From: Octopus vulgaris
Taxonomy: Eukaryota
DNA length: 64,000 nucleotides
Direction of reading: 5' to 3'
NCBI GenBank assembly: GCA_951406725.2
Contig: OX597838.1
Span: 25,296,001-25,360,000, forward strand
Below, one piece after another: positions 37,599 to 51,788 of the stretch. Under the pieces are notes generated by a model. The model was not told the origin of the DNA. It saw only the letters and a program-made list of their open reading frames with translations, and did not search any database. A program made the position numbers and the translations under genes. The number at the start of each line of letters is the position of its first letter. Position 1 is the first letter of the stretch.

Positions 37599-37730
37599 AA
37601 GATAGGTAGATATATAAACACATAAATATATGCATGGATATAGATTGATTGTCTACTCCAAATATGTTTAGTGTCTGCGTGTAGAATATATACATTCATA
37701 CATAATGAATTCTTAATGTATGTGCTTAGA

Positions 37731-37764
<34 letters not shown>

Positions 37765-37824
37765 TACACACACACACATTGTTCAGTGAAGACTTAATAT
37801 ATAAATATCCATACCCACACATAC

Positions 37825-37870
<46 letters not shown>

Positions 37871-38327
37871 AATTCTACATCTGCTTCTATATGGTGAGGT
37901 GCGAAGATGTTCTTTTCCTTCTCTCTTCTCTCTAGGACAGTTTTCCCCCCTTTCTCCCTACTCCTACACCTCATCATTACCACATGACTATTTATCTTCC
38001 CTTTCCTCATACCGCCACCACACTTACTACTACTACTACTACTACCACCTCCTCGCTGCTACACCGACAAACTTGCCTCTCCTATAGTCGGATTAATCAA
38101 TGGAAACCTTATCACTAAACCACATACATCATCGACATGCAATCGGCAAGCACCGAGGTGTCTAATATATTATCATTATTATCATTATGTCGGTATTGAG
38201 TGATGCTGGAAAAGGACATTATATATATATATATACACACACACACAAACATATGTACATATGTAGGCTATTATCTGTATGTATGTATATATGTGCGTTT
38301 ATATATATATTTATACCTGTATATGTG

Positions 38328-38373
<46 letters not shown>

Positions 38374-38539
38374 TATGTATATACAATATATATATAGATA
38401 CACATGTATATGTATATATTTATACATGTTTCTATGTATGTATGCATGTATGTATCTGTGTATCTATCTATCTATATATATATATATATGTGTATGTGTG
38501 TGTGTATATATATATGTATGTATATATATATATACACAT

Positions 38540-38583
<44 letters not shown>

Positions 38584-38584
38584 C

Positions 38585-38621
<37 letters not shown>

Positions 38622-39183
38622 CATACATACATATATATACACATGCATACATACACACATACATACATATATATATCTGAAATAGTGTAAAGAAAGGGAA
38701 AAATAATAATGGCTAAAGAGGTACTGGTATCACTGTGGCTCATCAGTTTTCTTTCCTAACCACATGGATCCACGTTCAGTCCCATTGCATGGCACCTTGG
38801 TCAAGTGTCTTCTATTATAGCCCCAGGCTGGACAAAGTCTTGTAAGTTGATTCTGTAAACAGAGACTGAAATGGACTTGTGTGTGTGTGTGTGTGTATTT
38901 ATATATATATGTCTCCTTGTCTTGGCATCATGTGATGGCTGCGAATAGATGTTGCTGCCACACAAGCAGTCATTCATTTCCAATATTCTGTGAAAACATG
39001 TGTGACCATGGGGAAATGTTACCTTGCTTGGAAACAGGTAAGGTGCTGGCAACAAGAAGGGCACTGGTCAGTAAAAATCTGCCATCTGCATCAATCAACT
39101 TCATCTGATCTGTGCAAGCAAGCAAGGAAACATTTGCAATAGAATGATGATACACCTGATCAGCTCTGTGCAATAGTCTACAG

Positions 39184-39384
39184 CAGTGGTTTTCAACCAG
39201 GGTTCCGCCAGTACAGTCCAGGGGTTCTGCAAGAAGTTACAAAACTGCTAAAATCGGCAGTAATTTTTAATTCTCCTGTGCAGATATGTGTGCATAAGAC
39301 TATTAAATTATTGCACAGGGGTTCCTCGAGCCAGTGGAATGTTTCCTTGGGGTTCCACTCCAGCAAATAGTTTGAAAAGCACTG
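39184..39384. mobile_element. hAT (Charlie-like) MITE
   Basis: TIRs CAGTGGTTTTCAA / TTGAAAAGCACTG with a perfect 8-bp TSD GTCTACAG (39176-39183, 39385-39392). Confidence 0.9.
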
Positions 39385-39769
39385 GTCTACAGTCTAAGTA
39401 TAGCAGCCTCTGGGCTGTTCGTTGGTGTACCAACTATTGATGTTACTAATGTACATTGATGTATAGAGCAGAAACATTGAGCCTTCGGTCATATGTGATG
39501 AATGCAAAGCACATAGAGCATTCAGTTGTCAAGGTGGTGCTGTAGCATGGCTTTGACTGTAATGGCTGAAATAAATTAGAGAACATACACACACTTGTGC
39601 AGGTGCCATGTAAAGAAAAAAAAAACTGGTTGACATTAAAATGGGTATCCAGCTATAGGAATCATACCAAAGTAGGCTTTGGAACTTGATGTGACCCACT
39701 GGCTTGCCAGTGCATGTAGAGCAACCCAGCCCATGCTAGCCTGGAGAATGGACATAAAATGATGATGAT

Positions 39770-39938
39770 TTATCTATCTTTGTCTGTCTGTCTTTCTGTT
39801 TATCTTTCTTAAGCTATCTATCTTTATTTATCTTTCTCTCTATCTGTCTGTCTATCTTTATCTATCTATCTTTATCTGTCTGTCTGTCTGTCTATCTGTC
39901 TATCTATCTGTCTATCTATCTATCTATCTATCTATCTG

Positions 39939-39969
<31 letters not shown>

Positions 39970-40255
39970 GTTTATCTATCTGTCTATCTGTCAGTCTATC
40001 CGTTTATCTATCTGTTTATCTATCTGTCTATCTGTCAGTCTATCCGTTTATCTATCTGTTTATCTATCTGTCTATCTATCTATCTATCTATCTGTCTATC
40101 TGTCAGTCTATCTATCTATCTATCTATCTGTTTATCTATCCGTCTATCTATCTGTCTATCTATCTGTCTATCTGTCTTTATCTATCTATCTATCTATCTT
40201 TATCTATGTCTGTCTGTCTGTCTATCTCTATCTGTCTGTGTGTCAATCTATCTAT
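39770..40255. repeat. (TCTA/TCTG)n compound microsatellite
   Basis: Seen directly. Confidence 0.95.
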
Positions 40256-40887
40256 GCACACTTATGCATACGCACATATATACACACTGATATGCATACA
40301 CATCTGTAGACATACATATACACACCCATACACCTACACATGCATACACACATACACACTCAAACACACATGATGTCTTTGTGTTGAACAGAACGTTATC
40401 TTTCTTTTCTCCTTGTATTAAAGTAATATAATGTCCACATCTCATCTAATATCCTGCTTATATAACGTCATTTAAGATAATTCACAATTGCTTGTTTATG
40501 AGACACTTGGGATACGTATGTAAGTGGTGTGTGTGTGAATATACAGTACATAGATACATGTATGTGTCTAGTCATTGTGTGTGTGTGTGTGAATATTTAT
40601 GTCTGTCAATGTATGTTTGTGTGCATGTGTGAATATATATATATATATATATATATATGAGTGTGTGTCTGTATGTATGTATGCTTTTGTCTATGTCTAC
40701 ATGGGTGTGAATATATGTATTTTTAATATGTGTGTGTGTGTGTGTGTGTGAATATATGCATGTGTCTATGTCATGTATATGTTTGAATGAAAACTCATTT
40801 TTCATTGTGATAGGACAGAAAAATTGTGAAAATTCAGTTCACAGTCGTGAAGCTCCATGTTTGATGCGTTGGCAGCATGTTGGATAA

Positions 40888-41304
40888 CAGGCACATGCCG
40901 TTAGTAATTACTCAGGGTAGGCAGTTGGTGACGTTTATGTAGTAAAACACACAAAAAAATAAGCGAAACACTGGCGCACGACTGAGTTGGAGGCAGACTT
41001 ACTTCTGCCTTCATAGTGTGTAAAGAAAACGTTGTTGTAGGAATGTACGCAGCATGTGTACTACAGCAGTACTATACGTAGCCTTAATACTGAGATTGAA
41101 AGGCAGGGGTGAATTATGCCTACCTAATCTACAAAAAAGATAAAATATTTTGCATTTTATGTATAGTAATCAGAGTAACCTTCATAGTTTTTTTTTATTG
41201 AATTTATGTGCATATTTTGCCATAAAAGGAAAACATTACTATCAATCTATTTTATTCAGGGTAGGCACACTGCCTACCTTGCCTACCCAGGTGGCACATC
41301 CCTG
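40888..41304. mobile_element. hAT-type non-autonomous element inserted in an old SINE A
   Basis: CAGG...CCTG termini, perfect 8-bp TSD TTGGATAA (40880-40887, 41305-41312) and subterminal GGTAGGCA/TGCCTACC motifs. Confidence 0.85.
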
Positions 41305-41948
41305 TTGGATAAGTATCTTCTAAATACAGTCTTAGGCTGACCCAGGATTTTTTGAGTGGAATTGGGTAGACGAGATTTATGTAGAAGTCACTGGTATGGA
41401 CAGGACCTGCAATTCGAAAGACCAGGTTTGTGACATCATGACAGACTGTTTCTGCCTGAGGGTTATGCTAATGTTCAAGTGTTTATGGTATACTTGGCTG
41501 CTTACACGAAAATACAGAGAAAGAAATTGCATGGAAGCCCATCAGATTGCCTCTATACATATGACCAAAAGTCTTGATCTTGTCATGCACACATACACAC
41601 ACACACAACCAAGTGTCTGGGAGATAGTTTCATTGATCTAGCATACTAATTGTCAAAACCAGCAGATGATCCATTTGCTTTTTATGTGCAGTTAGGTATG
41701 TGTGTGTGTGTGTGTGTGTGATTCTTTTAGATGGAATTCATTTTAAGTTTCTGGAACCTAAAGTTTCTTGCTGATAGGTATCAACAAAAATTTCCATCAA
41801 CCAAAATTTATTTCAAGTCTGATAATTATTCTGTTGGACTCTTTTGCTGAACTGCTAAATTATGGGACATAAACAAACCAAGACTGGTTGTCAAGAAATG
41901 GTGGCAGGACAAACACAAACATAAGGACGCACATGCATACACATACAC

Positions 41949-42009
<61 letters not shown>

Positions 42010-43366
42010 CTATCTTTTATTTATTTCAGTCATTAGAGTGCAGCCATGCTGGAGCACTGACTTGAAGAACTTTAATAGAACAAATTGACCCCAGTACTTG
42101 TTTCTTTTTAAAGCCTGGTACTTCCTTTATTGGTCTCTTTTGCTGAACTGCTAAGTTCTAAACATACCAACACCAATTTTCAAGTGATAGTGGGGGATAA
42201 ACACAGACACAAAAACACACACTTATAGACATATACGTATGTGTGTGTGTGTGTATTTATATACATACACACATACACATGATGGGCTTCTTTCAGTTTC
42301 CATCTACCAAATCCACTTACAAGGCTTTGATTGGCCTGAGGCTACAATAAAAGACATTTTCTCATGGTGCCATGCAATGGGACCAAACCTGGAACAATGT
42401 GGTTGGGAAGCACCTATATATTCACACATATATGTATATGACAGGCTTCCATCACAATTTCCATCAATCAAATTCATTCACAAAGCATTCAGCCCAGAGC
42501 TTGCCCAAGGTACCACACACTGGGACTGAACCCAGACCCATGTGGTTTACAAAGCAAGCTTCTTAACCACACAGCCATGCCTGCACCTGTAGTTTGACAT
42601 CTGTTTATAAAACATGAATGGTGATATCTGGTCTAAATGCCTTGAGGTTTAGTGTAAAGTTAATGGATTATACCAGTTGTTCAATCAACTGTACATCATC
42701 ATCATCGTTTAACGTCCGCTTTCCATGCTAGCATGGGTTGGACGATTTGACTGAGGTCTTGTGAACCAGATGGCTGCACCAGACTTCAGTCTGATCTGGC
42801 AGAGTTTCTACGGCTGGATGCCCTTCCTAACGCCAACCACACCGAGAGTGTAGTGGGTGCTTTTACGTGCCACTGGCACAAGGGCCAGTCAGGCGGTACT
42901 GGCAGTGGCCACACTCAATGGTGCTCTTTATATGCCACCTGTACAGGAGCCAGTCCAGCGGCACTAGCAACGACCTCGTTCGAATGTTTTTTCACGTGCC
43001 ACCAGCACAAGTGCCAGTAAATTTTTTTTTTCATCTTTTATTATCTTTTAGTTAGGATCATTCAGGATGGAAGGCATTGCTAGTACCCTTTATGGGACTT
43101 CTGAGATTAGTTGTCGGGAGTGAGAAAGAGAGGAAAGAAGTTCAAAGTAGAGACATAGCCTGAATATACCCAAGGTGCCAAGTGATGATGTTAAAGCCAA
43201 GTAGACCATAGTGGGATTTGAACTTGCAACACAAAAAAAACCATAAGAATATGGCGAGGCATCAAGCCTGATATTATCATATTTCCATCAATCCACTACT
43301 CTGGATTGAGGCTTCTTATTGATTTTATTGACTTTTGGCCTATTGGTTTTGACCTATTGGTTAGGG

Positions 43367-43672
43367 CAGTGTTTCTCAGCTGGGGTTCCCTGGAAGCCTA
43401 AAGTTGCGTGAGAAAGAGTGAGATAAGCTAATGCTAATTTCATGATCGTAATATTACTCTACATGCGCAACATATTATTGGTTATTGTAATATAGACATC
43501 ATCCTAGCTAATCTGTTATCAAAATATATAACAACCATATATATTTATCATGTGAACTACAATGAAAAAATATGAGAAAGATATAGCATATAATTTTTTT
43601 TGTGCAGGGGTTCCTTGAGACATATAATTTATTTAAAGGATTACGCAAGGGTAAGAAGATTGAGAAACACTG
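43367..43672. mobile_element. hAT (Charlie-like) MITE inserted in the head of a family D SINE
   Basis: TIRs CAGTGTTTCTCA / TGAGAAACACTG with TSD GGTTAGGG / GGTTAGAG. Confidence 0.85.
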
Positions 43673-45464
43673 GGTTAGAGTATTGCTCTCATTATTGCAA
43701 GATTGTGGTTTCAATTCCTGGACCAGGTGGTGCATTGTGTTCTTGATTAAAACACTTCATTTCATGTTGCTCCAAACCACTCACCCCTAAATGAGTAGCA
43801 TTGCAACAGGTCGGCGTTCCCATTTAGTGGGGAATATTGTGACCTCGGCCACTTAAACATTATGGAAACTGTGTAACAGGCGCTGTGTTCTGACAGACTG
43901 ACAGTCCCATTTAGGGGTGAATGTTGTGGGTTTTGATTGCTTATATGCCATGGAAATTGGGTAACTGTCCCTATGAGTCCTCAGACTCAAGAGGGTAATG
44001 AAAGGCAAAGTTGACCTTGGCAGGATTTGAACTCTGAGTACAGAGTCAGAATACATACCATGAAGCATTTTTTCCAATGCTCTAATAACTCAGCCAATTT
44101 ACTGCACTGCACTGGTAGTATAAGTGGCTGAGAATTCCACTGTCACTTATACTCTGAATATAATTCTTCGCAGTATCGGTGTGCATCCTTCATACTTCAG
44201 ACTAGGCTGGCATTGCCTCTGAGACATTGAAAACACAGGCTAGTGAGAGAGCCTCTACTTGGTTGCTCAACCTGTTAGAATTAGCAACCAAATTGCCTTC
44301 AAATCACATCCAACCACCTTAGAAAAAAGACACATTTGATAATATGATCCTGTGTTCAGTTCCCTGCCCATAGGAAAATGAATATTGCAGCAAATTTGCC
44401 TTTCAACAATGTATCTACATTTATTATGATACATAGATGGCTTTCAGAATTAAGATGGTTTTAAACTGTTTTAACTTATCCAAGACCATGATGAAGAAGG
44501 AAGAATTAGATCAATGCAAACTCTGTTTTGTTTTCTTGAGGTGGTAGAATTGTTAGATCAGCATAAAAAATACTTTGTCCCAGCTCCTTTTTCTGGTTCT
44601 TTATATTTCGAGTTCAAATCATATTGAGGTCAACTTTTCCTTTCTTCTTATGTGGATGAAATAAAATACTAGCCAGGCTCTGGGCTCATTGGTATCAATT
44701 TATTAACCTTCGATGTGATTGAATAACCAATCCCAACCAGTCAAGACTCAGTGTACAGGTTTTGTTTGCTGAATACAAAATCTGGCTTGCAAGACCTCTG
44801 TTTGGGTGATTTTCTTGAGTTCTCATCTTACCCTTGTGCGCCAGTCTGTTGCAAGGTTACCCATTTACAACTGAGAGGACTGGAGCAATATGAAATGAAG
44901 TGTTTTACTCAAGCACACAGCTGGTCTGGGAATTGAAACTCCAATCTCGTAATCTTCAGTGCAATACTTGAACCACTAGGCCACACATCTTTACTTATCA
45001 ACTAATCCTTTCCCTTCATAATTGCTGACCTTATTCCTAAATCAGAAACCATTAACACAGAGGAGTAGGTTGGGGCAAACATTTTTATTGATATTTTTTT
45101 GGTGAAGTGAGGGCTAGTATCCATCAACTTGAGATTCACTCATGTATGACATGGCTTGCAGTGAAGGCTTACAACATGTTTAGTTACTTGTTAAGCTTTA
45201 TCTCTACAGATTTTCTATAGAAATTATAACCATCACTGATTTTCATATGAAATTTCGTATCTGAGATGCCAGATGTAAACAAACAATGAGATCAAAGATG
45301 AGAAATGGTTAATGGATATATATGTCATATTTCAGGAAGCGGGTGGGGGGTTGCCCCCTTCATCAGCACCCATCCAACCCATTGATCATCCACGAACACA
45401 TTGCTTATATAACCACTTAATATAGCAGTGTAACATTATTGGATGTACCGATTTTACATATTAA

Positions 45465-45902
45465 CCCTCAGAACCCCAGCTGCCAGTCGCAGATACAAAC
45501 ACCCCAGTAGCTGCTTTACCGGCTGCCATGTTGAACTGTTTACAAATACCCCAGTGTCCACTATTCTGGCCGCCAGCCGCAGATACAAATACAAACTCTG
45601 GCCACCAACTGCAGATACAAATATCCCAGCAGCCACTTTACCGGCCAGTATTTTCTGCATTTGAAAACCAGACAGGACTGGTGCCACGAGCGCCAGTATT
45701 GGCGATAAAACACAAAGGAAAAAAACAAGTGGTAAGGACAATGTTGCCCTCTATTATGGCATTTTATTTCAATATGAGAAACAGAAAACACATTTTAGTG
45801 ACACTGAAATAATATTAGGTGGGAAATCTTTTATATGGCTCTTTTACCTAGAGAACCTGGGTAGAGGGTACTGAGGACAACACGTATCTGGGGTTCAAAG
45901 GG
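45465..45902. mobile_element. piggyBac-like non-autonomous element
   Basis: TTAA|CCCTCAGAACCCCAG ... CTGGGGTTCAAAGGG|TTAA, with internal GCAGATACAAA repeats. Confidence 0.85.
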
Positions 45903-47368
45903 TTAAACACATCACTGGAAGCTGGTACATAAATATTGATGACATGTAGGGACACCATATTTTGTTATGCCACCACAATATACATATTATACTAGTATAT
46001 TAAAGTTGCATAACGAAATCCTGTGTCCCTACAGATTGTTAATATCATGTTTATTTAGGCTGAATAGGAGAGCTAGTAATTTTGGGGCAAATATGGGATC
46101 AAGCAGTTTACTTGCTTTTCCTCAGTGGATGAGAAAACATATTTTGTTACTATAACTTTTCTTGGGGAATGTGGGTACTTTGAAAAATACCTCACAGGGT
46201 TTGTGGCTAGTACTTTTCAATGTCGATGGCTATAACTTTTAAATATTTTTATTGCTTTAAAGACATAATTGCAGATAAAATGCAACTTAAAATTTTAATT
46301 ACAGAGGAGTATTAGATTTAATTTTTATTTTTTAATAATTGTAATATCTTAACTACATTATATTTTACTTGTTTCAGTCATTAGACTGCGCTCATTCTGG
46401 AGTACCACATTATACATGGCGTAGTGGTTAGGGTATTTGGATTATGATCGGAAGACTGAGTTCAATTTTTGGTGGTATATTGTGTCCTTGAACAGAACAC
46501 TTTCTCATGTTGCTCCGGTCCACTCAGCTGGCAAAATGAGTCATACCTGTATGTGTGTCATACTGAATCTCCCTGAGAACTATGTTAAGGGTACATGTGT
46601 CTGTGGAGTGCTCAGCCACTTGCACATTAATTTCACGAGCAGGCTGTTCCATTGGTTGAATCAACTGGAACCCTCATTGTCATAACTGACAGAATGACAT
46701 ATATATTATAGACACCAGAACATTAAGAGTATGTATGTCTGTGGAGTGCTCAGCCACTTGCACATTAATTTCACGAGCAGGCTGTTTCATTGATCAGATC
46801 AACTGGAACCCTCATCATTGTAACTGACTGAGGGCCAGTTATAGGTTGCCTTTTGGTAAGGCACAGGGACACATCAAAGTCAAAGCAGAACAGCTTGGTA
46901 GATTGTGAAGAGGCAGTAGAAGACTTCAGCTGAGCCCATGACCCTTCTTCCATTGGTGCTGAACAGAGAAATCCAAGAAGCTCAATGGCCAGGATCACCA
47001 GACTCTTATCATGAGAGTAACTGCAAAGCATCCACAGGGGTGGCATCCATGGTTGTGTACTCAGCTAATGAAAGCTTTATCATGACTCAGATATGAATAC
47101 TGGAGTTGGGTGGCGACAGAGAGTCACAGGAATTGGTGGAATAGGTGTGACTGGATGGTGACACTTAGAAAGTGGGAAAACGTTTACTGCTTAAAATAAA
47201 TTACACAAATACAATCCATGAGGAGCTTCAGCATAGTTTCTGCCAGACCACCCAGTTTTACCCACATGGCTTGGGTTGACCTAAGGCTTATGGTAAAAGA
47301 CACTTGCCCAAAATGCCACACACCAGGAATGAATTTAGGGTCTTGTGATTGGAAAATGGGAATTTACT

Positions 47369-47410
<42 letters not shown>

Positions 47411-47699
47411 ATATGCATATATATATATAGATTGATAGATAGATAGATAGATAGATAACTATATAGATAGATAGATATAAAATGAAAGAATAGAGTAAAA
47501 AATAAGAGGGAGTTTGATTTGACAGCTGTTTAATGATCACTGCACATGTTTTGATATAACATAAATCCACACACACACACACATATACATACATGTGTGT
47601 ATTTGTATATATGCCTATATATATATATACATATATATATGAGTGTGTATTTGTATATATACACATATAAATATATGCATATATATGTGTGTATTTGTT

Positions 47700-47730
<31 letters not shown>

Positions 47731-47849
47731 GCATTTGTATATATATATATATATATATATATACATACATACATATATCTATATATATGAGTGTATTTGT
47801 ATATATATACATATATATATATGCATATATATGTATCTGTATTTGTATA

Positions 47850-47888
<39 letters not shown>

Positions 47889-48540
47889 ATTTGTATACAC
47901 ACACACAATATATATATAGACATGCACACACACCCACACATACACATATATGAATACACAAATGTATACATACACACACATGCACTCCTATATACTCATA
48001 TATGTACGAATCTCTCTCTGTCCCCCTCTCTCTCTCTGTATATGCAGTGTGTGTTCTATTGTACTAGCAGTTTTCTCAGTGTCTCACATGTCTCAATGTA
48101 TGTGTATTGATAATAAATTATGCAATTGTATATATATCGTTATATAGCATTGTTTCAGATGCTCTATGTATAAAGCCTACATTTTGCTCAGGTGATTATC
48201 AGGTAGTTTGACCTTCAATTTGGCTTCTCTTTTTCTCAGCCTCTCTCTCTCTTTCTCTCTCCCTCTCACTTACATACATTCTCTTTTTCCTTGACATGGT
48301 TATTTTTGCCTAACATTCTGAAAGGCTGACATCTTTTGTGCTTTAGACTGCAGCCCATGCTGGGGCAGCACCTTGAAGGGATTTCGTTGAACTCATTAAC
48401 CGCAGCTTTTATTTTTCCTTTAAAGTCTTGTGCTTCTTCTATTTGTTGCTTTTGTTGAGCTGCCAAGTTAAAGGGATGTAAATGAACCAACACCGGTTGC
48501 CAAGCTGTATTGCAAGGACAAACACAAAGTCACACACACA

Positions 48541-48612
<72 letters not shown>

Positions 48613-49424
48613 TTTTACTTTTTTCAGTCATTAGACTGCAGCCATGGTATGGCACCACCTTGAAGAATTTTTGTCAAATGAATCGATGCTGGTACATACA
48701 CTTTTCTTTAAGTCTGCTACTTTTTTCTTCGGTTTCTTCTGCTGAACTGCTAAGTTATGGGGACATACATAAACCAGCACTGGTTGTTAAGCAGTGGTGG
48801 TGTTAGTGGGACAAACACACAATGACACACACTTATACATACATGTATGAGATAGGCTTCTTTCAGTTTCCATCTACCATATCTACTCATAAGGCTTTGG
48901 TCTACTCAAAGTACCATGCAGTGGGCCTGAACCTGGAATGTATTTATATGATGAACTTCCACACAGTTTCCAACTACCAAATCCACTCGCAAAGTATTGA
49001 TTGGCCCAGAGCTTAGTGGAAGACATTGACCCAAGGTGGCATGCAGTGGGACTGAACCTGAAGCCATGTGCCTGCAAAGCGAGCTTCTTAACCACACAGC
49101 CATGCCCACAGCTGTATGTGTATATAAACAAAAAGACTGAAGGTTCTTCCTGAGCTGTAGGCTCATAAGCTGGTTTCTAGGTTTCCCTTTTCTTTTTTTC
49201 TTTTTTAGCATATATAGTCCCTCTACCCTGGATGTAATGCCGCTCTATTGTAGCATTATTCACTTTTGCCAGCTGAGGGTACTGAAGCAACGTGACATAT
49301 AATGTTCTGCTCAAGAGCACAATACATTGTCAGTCCAAGAATTGAAACCACAATCTTATAATCATGAGTGCAACACCCTAATCACTAAGCCATGTGCCTT
49401 CTCACTCACACACACACACATATA

Positions 49425-49626
49425 AAGGGGTGCTGTAAAGTTCCTGGCTTTGGGGAAAATAAAATACAGGAGGATCAGTTAATTATGATTTTATTCCCCT
49501 TCTAGATCCACACATTTATTGCAGCAGTCCTTCAGTTTTTCTAAGCCCTGTAAAAGAACTCAGAAGGTTGGGCCTCCAACCAGGCCTTTTAGAATACCCT
49601 TAAAGCCAGGAATTTTTCAGCACCCC

Positions 49627-49664
<38 letters not shown>

Positions 49665-49805
49665 AGAGGGTACTGAAAACTTCCTGGCTTTGGATAAAAC
49701 AAAATACAAGAGGATCAATTAATTATGGTTTTATTGAACATATTCCCCTCCCAAATCCACACAGTTGTTGCAACAGTCCTTTAGTTCTTCTAAGCCCTGT
49801 AAAAT
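49425..49805. mobile_element. Mariner-like MITE (49425-49629) plus a partial second copy (49663-49805)
   Basis: TIR AGGGGTGCTG(T)AAAGTTCCTGGCTTT / AAAGCCAGGAATTTTTCAGCACCCCT. Confidence 0.75.
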
Positions 49806-49860
49806 AACTGTATATTTACCAAAATTACATAAAAATATCTTGAAATACTCAAGAGTAAAT

Positions 49861-50355
49861 TTATTCAATAATATTGCCATTGGCTTCAACCACAGCCTCT
49901 AGATGACTTTGGAATTTCCTGCGGCTCTTCTGGACGGTCTCCTTGTTTAAGTTGGTGAATGCTGCCATAATACTTGCCTTCAATTCATCTTTGGTGTTAC
50001 AAGAAGTTTTCTTGGTCTCTCGCTCAACTGTGCCCCACATATTATAATCAAGGGGATTGCAGTCTGGGGAGTTAGGTGGCCAGATATTAGGGGTGGTGTG
50101 GTTGCAGAAATTGTCTGACTGCCATGACTGGGTTCCCCTGCTTGTGTGGCATGGTGCAGAGTCCTCTTGCCAGACATAGGGTCTTCCAGCAGCCACCCTC
50201 TTGACCCAGGGTAGCACTGCTTCTTCCACGCATTTGATGTAGGCGTTTGTGTTGAGTCTGAGGCTATGTGGGAAGATGAATGGAGGCATAACGTCACCAT
50301 CATTAGTGATCACTCCAAACACTATGATGGTGACAGGATGTTTAATTTTTATCAC
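49861..50355 (-). pseudogene. Tc1/mariner transposase C-terminal catalytic fragment, DD37D (maT-type)
   Basis: WQEDSAPCH...WPPNSPDCNPLDY, with 37 residues between the last two catalytic Asp. The N-terminal part is deleted. Confidence 0.85.
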
Positions 50356-51280
50356 TCTTGGTACAAGTCCTCAGATTGACACCCATACACTCTGAAATGT
50401 TCATATTGGAGCTTCAGACATGAATGACAAGCAGTACACCATATTGTTTCCAAATTTCTGTGTGTGTGTGTATAGGCAGTTATGCAGATAAAAAAATTAG
50501 TTACATCAAATACATCAAATATAATAATTTGGGTATGAAATAGCAAATGTGTATACATGCAAAATGAGAGAAACAAAAGGTGGAGATTTTCAGATGAATT
50601 TTTAAGTATAAATTTGTAGATATTTATATTAACAGGTCCAACTTAGACAAAGTGATCTCACCTGTGGACTATATCATCACCATCATCATCATCATGCGTC
50701 TGCTTTCCTTACTGGCATGGGTTAGACAATTTGACTGAAACTAGTAAGCTGTAGGGCTAGACCAGATTCCAATTTGATTTGGCATGGTTTCTATGGCTGG
50801 ATGTCCTTCCTAATGCCAACCACTCCAAGAGTGTAATGGGTGCTTTTTATGTGCCACCAGCACTGACATCAGTTGCATGACACCAGCATCAGCCACGACT
50901 ACAATTTCACTTGGCTTGACGGGTCTTCTGAAGCACCACATATTGCCAAAGGCCTCAGTCATTTATCACCTCTGTGAGGCCCAATTTTTGAAGCGTGCTT
51001 TTTAGGTACCACTGGCAGGGATGCCAGTTATGTGACACCAGTATATATATATATAGACAGCTCTGGCCCCTGTGCCGGTGGCACGTAAAAAACACCCACT
51101 ACACTCACGGAGTGGTTGGCGTTAGGAAGGGCATCCAGCTGTAGAAACTCTGCCAAATCAGACTGGAGCCTGGTGCAGCCTCCATGGCTTACCAGACCCC
51201 AGTTGAACCGTCCAACCCATGCTAGCATGGAAAACAGACGTTAAATGATGATGATGATGATGATAGATAGATAGATAGAT

Positions 51281-51690
51281 AGATAAAACTTACTTGGAAA
51301 AAGATGTGTGGCGTTATTGTTCTCTGTCTCCTGTCCAGACTTGTTTCTTTGCATTCACCACCACAATCTCGTTTAGACTTAGCAGCCCTTCCTGTCTGTT
51401 TTCACTGTCCTGTTTTTGTCACCAATCTTGACCTTCCTCAAGATTGCAAATTTAATTTGCTTTGCGGGAGCAACTGTTTTATCGAAGGTGTATCTTGTCG
51501 TGAATTGCTCGAAATATGGATTAGAAAAACAGCCGACAACTGATGAAGGGTCGCTCCTTCATCATCCTGTGCTGCTTGTCTTGTTTTCCATTTGTTTCTT
51601 TCGTTTCTTGCAAAAAAAAGCCCTTATTCCATATCCTCGTACTTCGCATTTTTTGTTGTTTATATTTTGTGATGTCCTGTGCCCACATAT
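51281..51690 (+). repeat. Unclassified microsatellite-associated repeat; related copy at 60267-60790
   Basis: AGATAAAACTTACTTGGAA is shared with 60267. GCTCGAAATA..TAGAAAAACAGCC.ACAACTGATGAAGGGTCG matches the reverse complement of 60520-60572. Confidence 0.6.
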
Positions 51691-51743
51691 GCATATGTAT
51701 ATACATATACATGTAAATATGTACGTATACGTATGTATATATG

Positions 51744-51788
<45 letters not shown>

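Noticed and set aside
37090-38743. Numerous YI/HT/CV-rich ORFs (also at 15.3, 23.7, 47.4 and 55 kb)
   Set aside because: Dinucleotide microsatellite translations.
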